From: Cetorhinus maximus
Lineage: Eukaryota
Assembly (NCBI RefSeq): GCF_964194155.1
Contig: NC_135906.1
Span: 22,196,001-22,260,000, forward strand
Direction: 5' to 3'
DNA: 64,000 nt
The notes beneath the pieces are model-generated. The model did no database searches. It worked only from the letters and a program-made list of their open reading frames with translations, and was not told the origin of the DNA. Positions within the stretch are counted from its first letter, which is position 1. Each line of letters begins with the position of its first letter. The translations under genes were made by a program, and so were the position numbers. Below, piece by piece: positions 23,300 to 34,600 of this stretch.

Positions 23300-25006
23300 C
23301 ACTTCACATCCGCCTTCACCCAAGAGAATGAGGATGAAGGTATCGAACTCGGGGAGAGAGACTGTGAGGTTCTTGAGCAAATTGGTATAGGGAGAGACAA
23401 GGCATTGGAGGTGTTGGCAGGCTTAAAAGTGGATAAATCTCCAGGTCCGGGTGATTTGTTTCCCAGACTGCTGAGGGAGGCAAGGGAGGAGATCGCAGGG
23501 GCCCTGACCCAAATTTTTAATTCCTCTCTGACCACGGGGTAGGTGCCAGAGGACTGGAGAACAGCAAATGTGGTTCCGCTATTTAAGAAGGGTTGTAGAG
23601 ATAAGCCAGGGAACTACAGGCCAGTGAGTCTCATGTCAGTGGTAGGGAAACTATTGGAGAAAATTCTGAAGGAGAGAATCTATCTCCACGTGGAGAGGCA
23701 AGGTTTGATCAGGGATAGTCAGCATGGCTTTGTCAGAGGGAGGTCATGCCTAACAAATTTGATTGAATTTTTTGAGGAGGTGACCAGGTGTATAGATGAG
23801 GGTAGTGCACTTGATGTATTTTATATGGATTTCAGCAAAGCCTTTGACAAGGTCCCACATGGGAGACTTATAAAGAAGGCAAATGCACATGGGATACAGG
23901 GTCATTTGATAAGGTGGATTCAAAATTGGCTTAGTTGTAGGAGACAGAGGGGGATGACAGAAGGCTGCTTTAGTGACTGGAAGCCAGTGTCCAGTGGCGT
24001 ACCACAGGAATCTGTGCTCAGTCCCCTATTATTCGTCATTTATATAAACGACATAGATGACTATGCGGGGGGTAGTATTAGTAAGCTTGCAGATGACACA
24101 AAGATTGGCCGGGTGGTTAACAGTGAGGTTGAGTGTCTTGGGCTATAGCAAGATACAGACGGGATGGTCAAATGGGCAGATAAGTGGCAGATGGAATTTA
24201 ACCCTGAAAAGTGTGAGGTGATACACTTTGGAAGGAGTAATTTGACAAGGAAGTATTCAATGATCAGCGTGGCACTAGGAAGTTCTGAGGAACAAAGGGA
24301 CCTTGGCATGTGTGTCCATAGATCTCTGAAGGCGGAGGGGCATGTTAGTGAGGTGGTGAAAAAGGCATATGGGACACTTGCCTTTATCAATCGAGGCATA
24401 GATTACAAAAGTAGGGAGGTCATGTTGGAGTTGTATAGAACCTTGGTGAGGCCACAGCTGGAGTACTGTGTGCAGTTCTGGTCGCCACATTATAGGAAGG
24501 ATGTGATTGCACTGGAGGGGGTGCAGAGGAGATTCACCAGGATGTTGCCTGGGATGAAACATTTAAGTTATGAACAGAGGTTGCATAGACTTGGGTTGTT
24601 TTCGTTGGAGCAGAGAAGACTGAGGGGTGACCTGATCGAGGTGTACGAGATTATGAGGAGCATGGACAGGGTGGATAGGGAGCAGCTGTTCCCCTTAGTT
24701 GAAGGGTCAGTCACAAGAGGACACAAGTTCAAGGTGAGGGGCAGGAGGTTTAGGGGGGATGTGAGGAAAAACTTTTTTACCCAGAGGGTGGTGACGGCCT
24801 GGAAAGTGCTGCCTGGGAGGGTGGTGGAGGCAGGTTGCCTCACATCCTTTAAAAAGTACCTGGATGAGCACTTGGCACGTCATAACATTCAAGGCTATGG
24901 GCCAAGTGCTGGTAAATGGGATTAGGTAGGTAGGTCAGGTGTTTCTCACATGTTGGTGCAGACTCGATGGGCTGAAGGGCCTCTTCTGCACTGTGTGATT
25001 CTGTGA
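23300..25006 (+). mobile_element. Young 5'-truncated CR1 LINE (ORF2 RT region)
   Basis: KSPGPG, PEDWRTANVVPLFKKG, YRPVSL, DFSKAFDKVPH, SGVPQESVLSP and LADDTK motifs in one frame, with stops at 23540-23542 and 24146-24148; ctgtgattctgtga tail. Confidence 0.95.
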
Positions 25007-27829
25007 AAAAAGGGGAAACCCCGGGGCCATTTATAGGGGGTAATAATACTTAAGGAAAATCCCTCTCCGACCCCCCTCTCAATATCAGTCCAAACGATCG
25101 CACGGGCCAAGTTATCTATGTAGATGTTTATTTTCTATATGATGTGATCCCTGTCCCAGTCAGGAACTGATCCAGCTCCTCTTGAAGATGTGCAGAGAGT
25201 CAACACCTACAGCACCAGCTGGCAACACATTCCAGAGGAGAAGGAAAAGGCAACCGGCTGTAGATGATGAATCTGATTGGGGACGGGCGATACACAAGCG
25301 ACATCCTCCTCAAAACAAGTGAAAGGTCGATACAAGGGCATTGCAAAAATGCTTTTAAAATGTCTGGACACATAATTCAAACAAATTCACTGCAGAATAA
25401 AGGCCGCGCTGGTGTGAGGTCATCTGTTCTGGTTGCTTGTGCTAAGGCTGCATCACTACTGCTTTGGACAGCCTGTACTTCTCAGTTGTGCTCTGGTTGA
25501 TCTATGTAAACCGTCTCTACCACCCCCCCATGCTGAAGAGCTAAAGTAAATGTCATTGTCGGAATTTTACCACACCAAAGTACAACTGACAGAACCATTC
25601 ATCCTTTGAGGTTGAAAAAATGTGTGCTATCAGACAGATCCAACACTCCTCGTTCCTACTGCAAACCAGTAAAGATCAAACTGGCAGAACGTCCATGCAA
25701 GTTATGACTGATAAAAATAGATGCTTTCTCTTGCATAACGCACAACGCATAATTTAAAGCTAACGATGCATGGTTCTGTGGAAAGGTCATCGATCTAAAA
25801 TGTTAACTCTACCTCCTTCTCTCCACAATACTTATCACTCAACCAAGATTAGTAAACCATTATCTGATCATTTAGCACATTGCAGTTTTTGGGAGCTTGC
25901 TGTGTGCAAACTTTGGCTACTGTGTTTCCCTACTTTACAACAGTGACTACACTCCAAATGGGCTTCAATACTACAGGATGAAGTACCGTGAATGTGAATC
26001 ACTTGAGAGTGGCCTGAGGCTATGAATGCAAGTTTTTAAGAAAAATATCAGTAAAATCTGGTGGAATCTCACCAGCAGGGTGGTCAGTAACCCGAGGATA
26101 CACTGTTAAGATAATAGGGAAAATATCCAGGAAGGAACAGATATTTTTGTTTCATAAAGTGAATTGTTGTGATCTGGAAATGGCTGCCTAAAAGGCGATG
26201 GAAACAGATTAAATAGCAACTTTCAAGATGGAATTAGATATATACTTGAAAAGGAGAAATTCGCAGGGCTATGAGGAAAGAGCAAGGGAGTGGGATTAAT
26301 TGGATAGCTCTTTCAATGAGCCAGCACAGACATAATGTGCAGAATAGCCTCCTTTTGTGCTCCAAGGTTCTATACATGAGGTGCATCTGGGTAACCACAA
26401 TGCCTGAAATGATCTCTAGTCATGCTGGCCAGGACAAAGCCTGGTTTGATTCCCAGTCCAAGCTGAGTCAACAGACCTCAGCCAGAGTAGTAAGTGGACT
26501 GATGTATTCCATCTCTGTGCCCCGGAGGTGGGGCAGTATTCAAGCTTCTCTGGTCTGGTCAGTCCTGCAAATATGAGTGCATGTAAGTTGTCAAAGTAAG
26601 GGTTGGATGAGTGTGAGTGTAATTCCTCCTTCGTAATCTGCTCTCACTGCCTAAAGCCAAATATAAAGATCATTGTGGGCATTTTGTCGGAGTGTTGGCC
26701 GACTACCTGTTTCCAGTGAAGCATTGGACACACAAACAGGAGGAGGCTATTCCTAAGAACCTAAGAAATAGGAACAGCAGTAGACCATTCGGCCCCTCGA
26801 GCCTGCTCCGCCATTCAATAAGATCATGGCTGATCTTCTTGTGTTTCGATTTCCACATTCCCATCCAACCCCGATAACCTTTGATTCCCTTGATTCAACC
26901 CATTCAGTATGTTCCGCTGTTCAGTTAGAACGTGGCTGACCTGCACCTTAACTCTATCTACCCACCTTGGTTCCATAACCCTTAATATCCAACAAAAATC
27001 TCAGTTTTCAAATGTTCAATTCATCCCTTGGACAGAGTTCCAGGTTTTCACTTTGTTTGAAGAAATTATTCCTGGCATCACCCCAAGCTGTAATTTTAAG
27101 GTTCTGCATTCCCCCCCTCCCTCACCACCTTGTCCTGGACGACTTCTCTGATGGTAATAGTTTCTCACTATCTACCCTATAGAATCCTTTAATCAGGTTA
27201 CTTCCACAACTTGAGCACTCCTTAATCTTCTCTAGTCAAGGAAGAACAAGCCTAGTCTTTGTAACTTGTACTCATAATTTAAGCCTTTTAGTCATTGCTG
27301 GTGTCTGTCTCTACAAGCTTGATTTTAAAATTCTCCATTCTTGTTTTCAAATCCCTCCGTGGCCCCGGCCCTCCCTACCTTATCTGCTTCAGTCCTCTAA
27401 CCCTCCCAGCTCTCTGCACCCCTCCAATTCCAATCTCTTGTGCATCCCTGATTTTTATCACTCTACCATTGGTGACCATGCCTTCACTCGCCTTGGGCCC
27501 TCAGCTCTGGAAATCCCTCCTGAAACCTCTCCACCTCCCGTCTTTTCAAACACTCCTTAAAAAGGATTTTTATAAGCATTTTTCACAACCACAGAAAATA
27601 CCAGCGATTTGCAACCACTCGCATACTTTGGGAGTGCAGTCACTGTGGCAAAGGAGGAAACAGGACAGCCAATTTGCACACACAAACAACAATGTGACAA
27701 TGGCCAGATGATCATTTTTGTGCTGTTGATTGAGGGAGACATATGGGGGCCAGGTCCTTCCCTCTGCTTTGAAATAATGCCCAATAGGTCGCCGGTAGAC
27801 CTGAGTGGAGTTTGGGTGCTTGCTGTGCC

Positions 27830-28186
27830 TTGGAAAACTGCGGTGAGGCGCAGTTGAGCTTTTTTCCTTTCCCCCCACCCACCCGAGGTGGTTTGGCGTC
27901 GGTGACGCGAGGCTGCGCGGCGCAGGGAAAGTAACAACTTGAAATTAACCAGGGGGCTGGAGAAATGTTTACAGTTTGAAGGAGACCCGGACACCTCATT
28001 CATAAAAGAGGAGTTTACACAATCAAACCTGACCTAGGACAAGGGAGCGGACGAAGTGAGAGAGAGAGAGGGGGAAAACATAAACAAACAAACAACCAAC
28101 CAAAAGAAGCTGAAAGAGTCTCTCCTGGTCTAATTTGACTCTCTCTCTCTCTTCCCAGCCAGAATTAAAGGCGAAGTTAAAACATC
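27830..28186 (+). promoter_or_regulatory. CpG-rich promoter/5' UTR of the F-BAR gene
   Basis: CpG cluster (ggcgtcggtgacgcgaggctgcgcggcgc) and GA/CT runs upstream of an ATG in strong Kozak context (atcATGG). Confidence 0.6.
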
Positions 28187-28210
28187 ATGGAGTGGGGCAC
28201 GGAGCTTTGG
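28187..28210 (+). CDS. TRIP10: First coding exon of a CIP4/TRIP10-FNBP1-FNBP1L family F-BAR gene
   Basis: ATG GAG TGG GGC ACG GAG CTT TGG|gtgagt = MEWGTELW, the 8-codon first exon of this family (TRIP10 MDWGTELW; FNBP1/FNBP1L MSWGTELW). The acidic residue 2 and the GPR108-like neighbour favour TRIP10. Confidence 0.8.
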
Positions 28211-29619
28211 GTGAGTTCTGTTTTAAGAAGTAAAAAAAAAGTGAGGGGATTAGGATGCCCCGGCAATGTTGATGGCGAATTTCCTGCCGTGTTGTATTTG
28301 GGAGACATGAGAAAACCCAACGTGGGCAAATTTACTCCCGTTGATTAAACGACCCAAGGAATTTTTTTTTAATATACATAAAGAGAGAAAAGTTCCAATG
28401 AGTTTCTTAAAAAGTTCTTGAGCTGTAACAAAACGTGTTTTTTCCTCTCTCTCTGCCTTCCCCACCTCCCTTTATGTGTGTTGATGTATCTCAATCTCTC
28501 CTTGCCCAGATAGAAAGGATTTGCTGGGATTTTTTTGTGTGTGTGTGGTTATTGTTTAAGAAGTGACTTTTTTTTTAAAGTTGCGAAGCGATCGATTTCC
28601 CAGGCTTGTCCGAGTGACTGTGTTAAGGGAGCCCCCCGCCCCCCCAAGCCTTCACGCCTCTCTCTCTCTCTCTCTCATCCCAACCCAGGATTTATTTTTC
28701 CAATGCTGTTTTTCTGTGTACTTTTCTTTTGCTCTCCACGAGTAAAGTGGGGGGGAAAACACACACACACACAGACAGGACCCCCGTTAACATTGGGAGG
28801 TTTTATTCCTCCAAAAATTCTTTTAAAATAAAAAAATACCAAGCCAAGGAAAGGTTCTTTGCTCTGTTCCATCGGCGCTTTCCAGCATGAATGGGAAATA
28901 AAGTGTATCCGTAAAATGTTTGATGGGATCATGTTGGGAGGAAGGGTTGGTCGAATTTCGAGGCGTCTCTGGGTGATCTTCGTCCCTCGGACAGAGGGTT
29001 TGGCTTCTCTCGGTAGGTCTGGAAGGGAGGGAGAACCGTGAACCTGTTTTAGTGTGACTGGATGTTTTATTTTTGCGCTGTTAAATCCTCAACGGTATGA
29101 ATTGGAGCTGCACAGAGCTGTAATCCGAGAGAGGAAACTGATTTGAGTCGCCCCAAAAACACCTTTAGCGACCCTGTAAACAAAACAGCCACTGTTTTGA
29201 GTCGAGGATTTTGAGAGGACATTGTTTGGTTTGGCTGGTATGCGCTGAACTGGAGATGCCTGCAATTGTTTTCTAGGAATCGTACGATGCAGCACCAAAG
29301 GAGGCCTTTCGGCCCGTCCTGCCTGGGCAAGCTCTTTAAAATAGCGACCCAGCAGGACACCACGGCCCCCCCCCGCCCCTGCTCTTTTTCCATAGCCCTG
29401 CTTGAGAAATCGCAGGACCAGACCCTTGTCTTACAACCTAGAGGACTTCTCTGCTCAGCATGTACACCAGCCGTCGTATTTTTTTTGGGGGGGTCAACTG
29501 TCTTCATGTGTCTGCCTGTTTTCTTGTTCCTTTGTCTGAAGACGGAGTCAAAGTAAATACTGTTTAATGTTATTTGAAGGCACTACATAGGATTTACATA
29601 AAACAGGTCATTCAACCCA

Positions 29620-30400
29620 ACTTTCTTTCATTCCTTTATGGGATGTGGGCATTGCTGGCAAGACCAGCGTTTGTTGCCCATCCCTAGTTGCCCTTGAGAA
29701 GGTGGTGGTGAGCTGCAGTCCACGTGGTGTAGATGCACCCACAGTGCTGTTGGGGAAGGAGTTCCAGGGTTTTGACCCAGTGACAGTGAAGGAACGGCGA
29801 TATATTTCCAAGTCAGGATGGTGAGTGTCTTGGAGGGGAACTTCCAGGTGGTGGTGTTCCCATGTATCTTCCGCCCTTGTGACCTCTGCCATCTCATAGG
29901 ATGTGTTTGGAAGGTGCTGTCGAAGGGGCTTTGGCAAGTTCTGCACTGCATCTTGTAGGTGCTACACATGGCTGTCATTATGTGGCAGTGATGGGGGCAG
30001 TGAATATTTAAGGTGGTGGATGGAGTGTCAGTCAAACAGGGTTGCTTTGTCCTGGACGGTGTCCAGCTTCTTGAGTGTTGTTGGAGCTGCACTCATCCAG
30101 GCAAGTGGAGAGTATTCTAACATATCACTGACATGTGCCTTGTAGATGGTGGAAAGGCTTCAGGGCACCAGGAAGTGAGTTATTCACTGCAAAATTCCCA
30201 GCTTCTGACCTGCTCTAGTAGCCCCAGTATTTAAATGACTGGTCCAGTTAAGTTGCTAATTAATGGTAACCCCTAGGATGTTGACGGTGGGGGATTCAGT
30301 GATGGTAATGCCATTGAATGTCAACGGGAGATAGTTAGATTCTCTTTTGTTGACCATGGGCACTGCCTGGCTCTGTTGTGGTACAAATGTTACTTGCCAC
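29620..30400 (-). mobile_element. Non-LTR retrotransposon 3' end (same family as 9080-9640)
   Basis: ORFs 29608-29946 and 29628-30092 repeat the WEHHHLEVPLQ..SFTVTGSK.WNS peptide. Confidence 0.8.
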
Positions 30401-30429
30401 TTCAGTCCAGGGCTGAATAGACTGGTCTA

Positions 30430-31650
30430 TGTTGGCGTTTCGGCTCCACGTGAATCTCCTCCCCCTCTTTTTCATCTCACCCTATTAACATATTCTTATA
30501 TTCTTTTCTCCCCATTCCCTTCTCCTTAAATACATTAATGCTATTTACTTCAACTAGTTTTTGTGGTAGCAAGTTCCACATTCTCACCATTGTCTGGGTA
30601 TAGAGGTTTCTCCTGAATTCTCTATTGGATTTATCAGTGACTATCTAATATTTATGGCCACTAGTTTTGGTCTCCCTCACAAGTGGAAATATTTGCTCTA
30701 TGACTATCCTATCAAGCCATATCATAATTTTAAAGACCTATAGTGGGTCATCATTCAGTCTTCTCTTTTCTAGATAAATGAGCCCTTGCCTGTTCCGTCT
30801 TTCCTGATAATTTCTTAGTTCTAGGATCATTCTAGTAAATATTTTTGCACCTCTATATCCTTTCTATAATATGAGGGCCAGGACTGTTCCCAGCACTCCA
30901 AGTGTTGTCTAATCCAAGTTCTGTACAAGTTTAACATTATGCTCTGCTTTACAACCCAATCTCGAGAGCTTTGATTTTAATGATTGTATTAATCTGTGTC
31001 CCCTACTTTCAGTGACTTTTGTTTAACTACCCCTGGACCCTTCTGTTCCTCTATTTAGATGCTTATTTTCCAAAGTATGTGATCTCCCTATTTTTCTGAC
31101 CAAAATGTACCAAATCGCACCATGTCAAAATTTATACCCGCCTATTCTGCAACTTTGTGAATGTGTTTCTGGATTATGTCACAGTCCTCCTCCATATTAA
31201 CTAATCCCCTCAATTTGGTGTCGTGCACAACTTTATAAATTGTACTCCAGAGTCCAAATCATTGTAAATGGTGAACAACAGTGGCAACAAAAAACAAAAC
31301 TTGCTAGAAAAACTCAGCAGGTCTGACAGCATCTGTGGAGAGAAAGACTGAGTTAGCATTTCGAGTTCTTCTCTTCTTCAACTCATACGGACTTGAAACG
31401 TTAACTCTGTCTTTCTCTCCACAGACGCTGTCAGACCTGCTGAGTTTTTCTAGCAATTTTTGTTTTTGTTTCAGATTTCCAGCATCCGCAGTATTTTGCT
31501 TTTATCTTAGTGGAACAAGAGTGGCCCCAGTACTGATACTTTTGGAATGCCAGTTCCCACCTTTTGTCAGTCTGAGTTAACTACCTTTAATCCCTGCTCT
31601 CTGTTCTGTAGTTGGCTTGCCGTCCAGTCCCTGACTCCACATGCTCTCAC
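30430..31650 (-). mobile_element. Diverged CR1 LINE fragment interrupted by a Penelope-type insert
   Basis: Reverse-strand CR1 3' motifs (ttccacattctcacc, ccagcactccaagtg, gaacaacagtggcccc). Confidence 0.65.
31286..31512. mobile_element. Penelope-derived hairpin element
   Basis: Inverted arms at about 31286-31366 / 31391-31470; near-TSD gaacaa[c/g]agtggc at 31273-31285 and 31513-31525. Confidence 0.7.
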
Positions 31651-34600
31651 AATATGGTGAGGAAGGTGAAAGGGTTAATGGCAGAGGGGGATGCGGGGAG
31701 AGATACTGGCTACAGGCCAAATTCCTGCCCCTGATGAAATGGAGTTGGTAGTTATCAGTAAAGTTAGATGAGTGAAGATGTGAGATTGTACATGGGATTT
31801 GGAAAGGTCGTAGAGGTCAGATGGAGCAAGGCCATGAAGGAATTTGAGAATGGACACACAAGTAGGCCTCTGGGCTCAAATGGCCTATGCCAGTCCAGAT
31901 AGTCCACATAGATTTCCTCCCAACCCCCATCCCCATATCTCTCTATTCCCTTCTTCCTCAGCTAAACATCCAATCCGTTCACCTCTGGCTGCTCGTGTGT
32001 CAAACCATCATCATTGCAGACTCTGGAACTCCTGTTTTGTTGACATAGTTCCAAGTCCCTCAATGACTGAGGCACACAGATCAAAAATGTTCTAGCTTTG
32101 ATTGCCTAGTGCGTGCTGAACAACCACGACGAGTGTGACAGTGAGTCTGTTTCAAAGGAATGCCATGCTCTGGGTTAGGGAGAATAAATCCGACAGGGAG
32201 CTTGCTCCTGGTTGTTGCTTAGTGACTCCTGGAAATGTAACAATGTGGATGTTAGATGACGACAGAATCAGTTTTACGTGTGATGACCTGTATGGTTGGT
32301 TAGCCTTCGAGCTGTCAGAAATAACTTGCATCTATGTCGCACCTTTTCTGAACTCAGGATGTTTTAAAGTACTTTACAGCTGATGAAGCTCTTTTGAAGT
32401 GTAGTCGCTGTGGTAACGTAGGAAATATGGTGGCCAACTTGTGCTCAACAAGTTCCCACAAACGGCATTGTGATCATGACCAGAGCATCTTGCTTCCAGT
32501 GATGTTGGTTGAGGGGTGAATGTTGACCAGGACACTGGGGAGAACAGCCACATGCAGAAGGACCTGGAGGCAGTGTTACACCTGTGGAATAGTGTGCCTG
32601 GGTTCAGCACCTTCAGGAAAGGAGAGGGAGGCTGGGGGGGTGGGTATGCAGAGGGGGAAGGTGGAGATTGATGAAAGGATGAAAAACGCAACGTCCACAA
32701 CACAGGCAAACAAGCAAAGAGAAATTAAGTGATCTTGGGTAACAGAAATTGGGAAGTGCCTTGAATGGAGAAGCTCCCTTGATTAGTTTCTTGGTGTACT
32801 TGATGTACATTGACCCTTCATAGACACACAGCACTCCAGATCACGAAGTTAAACTGCAGTAAATCACCAAGTCAGTTTCAAATGTCTACATCCTGTACTG
32901 TAGTCCAATGACTTTCGAGATTGAGGTTGACTGATTTTTGTTGAGTAAGGGTACCAAGAGATAGGGAGCAAAGGGGAGAAAATGGAGTTGAGGTGCAGAT
33001 CAGCTGTGATCTGGCAGAGAAGGTTTGAGGGGCAGCCTCCTCCTCTTCCTATCTGAAGGACTGCTGCTTTCTTGAATTATTTAATAACTTAAAAAATGTA
33101 ATTTAGGTACTCCGTATGGATGCCAACAATTAAAGCGCTTTGGGAACATGTTTTTGCTGATGTGTGGGACACTTTCCGTAAGCAAGTAATTTTCTGCAAT
33201 GTTATTGCATTCAATTTCATACCAAGTATTTGCTCAGTGTAAGCAGTTTTGTGTCTGACTTCATTAAGTTTGGGGTCCAGCATTTTAATGAATTTTCTGT
33301 GAACTGTGTACAAAAGAAAGTGTGTGCATTTTTATAGTGCCTTTTACATCCTTGGGGTGACTTGATTACTCTTGTGGTGTAGTCACTGTTGTAGGCAAGC
33401 ATGCAACCAGTCTGCACACGACAAGATCCCACCAACAGCAATGAGATAGATGACTGGATAATCAGTTTTGGTGGTGTTTGAGGGATGAATGATGGCTAGG
33501 ACACTGGGAAAACTCTGGGGTCTTTCACATTCACCTGAGCGGCGCCTGTTTAACAACTCACCTGAAAGATGGCACCTCTAACAAACTGCACTCCCATAGC
33601 ATGACACTGGAAAGGATATCACCTTAGGTTATGTGCTCTAGATTAGGAAGTGAAAATGCTATTACTGAACCGAGACTTAGGCTGTGCATGTGTTCCTGAC
33701 TCAGGTTTCTCACTGGGAGAATCTTGTTCTGAGCTGAAAAACATTCTCGTACTTTAACTTAATCACTACCACTGACTTAATGCTTGTGAAGTTGGTGCTA
33801 CTTTATTTGCTGATTATCTCAGTGCGGTGACTCCTATCTTGTTGACTGAAGCTAATGTGTATGAAAGAAATCCACGATATCGGCCCTTTTATTATTTTTG
33901 CTTGCTATTCCAGTTTGTCTCCCATACTCCCTCCTGATCTAGACTTTGGAGAGTTGTTGCGTAAGTGGCAGGTGCCACCCGGTACCACATTGAACTCGCC
34001 ATTGTTCACGTGGGCCCAGATAATAATTCCCAACTGGCCATTTGGACTGTTGGGAGATATTGCAGCCAAGCCTCAGCCAAGCATCTACATGTGTAGGAGT
34101 TGCTGGATAAGGATCAGAAAAAAGGAATGCTGGCTGGCTTTACGTTTCCCTCCTTCCCTCGCCTTAGAGTAGTCAATGCAGCTGTGCAAACCTTAATGCC
34201 GTTCTAGCTGCGGTCAGCTCGTTTAGCACACGTTAGGAATTATGTAGGAATGGGAGTGTAGCTCCTGGAGCCTGTTCTGCCATTCTATCAGATTTGAGCT
34301 GAGAACTTGCCTGGCTTATACAGCCCAAGAGCCATGAGGGGCAGTGTATTTATCAGATGAGCCACCCTCCTATCCATCCATGTTTTTGGAAACATCCATG
34401 ATTATTGCAGTAATTTTTTCAGATATTTCTAGCTCCTTTTTAATGGTCATAACACAGTGATTGTGGATGCAGTGCTAGCGAACCCTAATTACTTTTGTTT
34501 GACCTTAGCACGCACGTTATTCACTAATAGTTCTCTCCTGGAAGAGCGGAAGGTTTGAGGGGATGTGAAAGGAGAACTTTCTTTGTGTTCTATGGGCTTG

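Noticed and set aside
12154-28210. In-frame DR1-TRIP10 read-through fusion protein
   Set aside because: Joining DR1 exon 1 or 2 donors to the acceptors at 28158 or 28162 gives a frameshift or an immediate stop.
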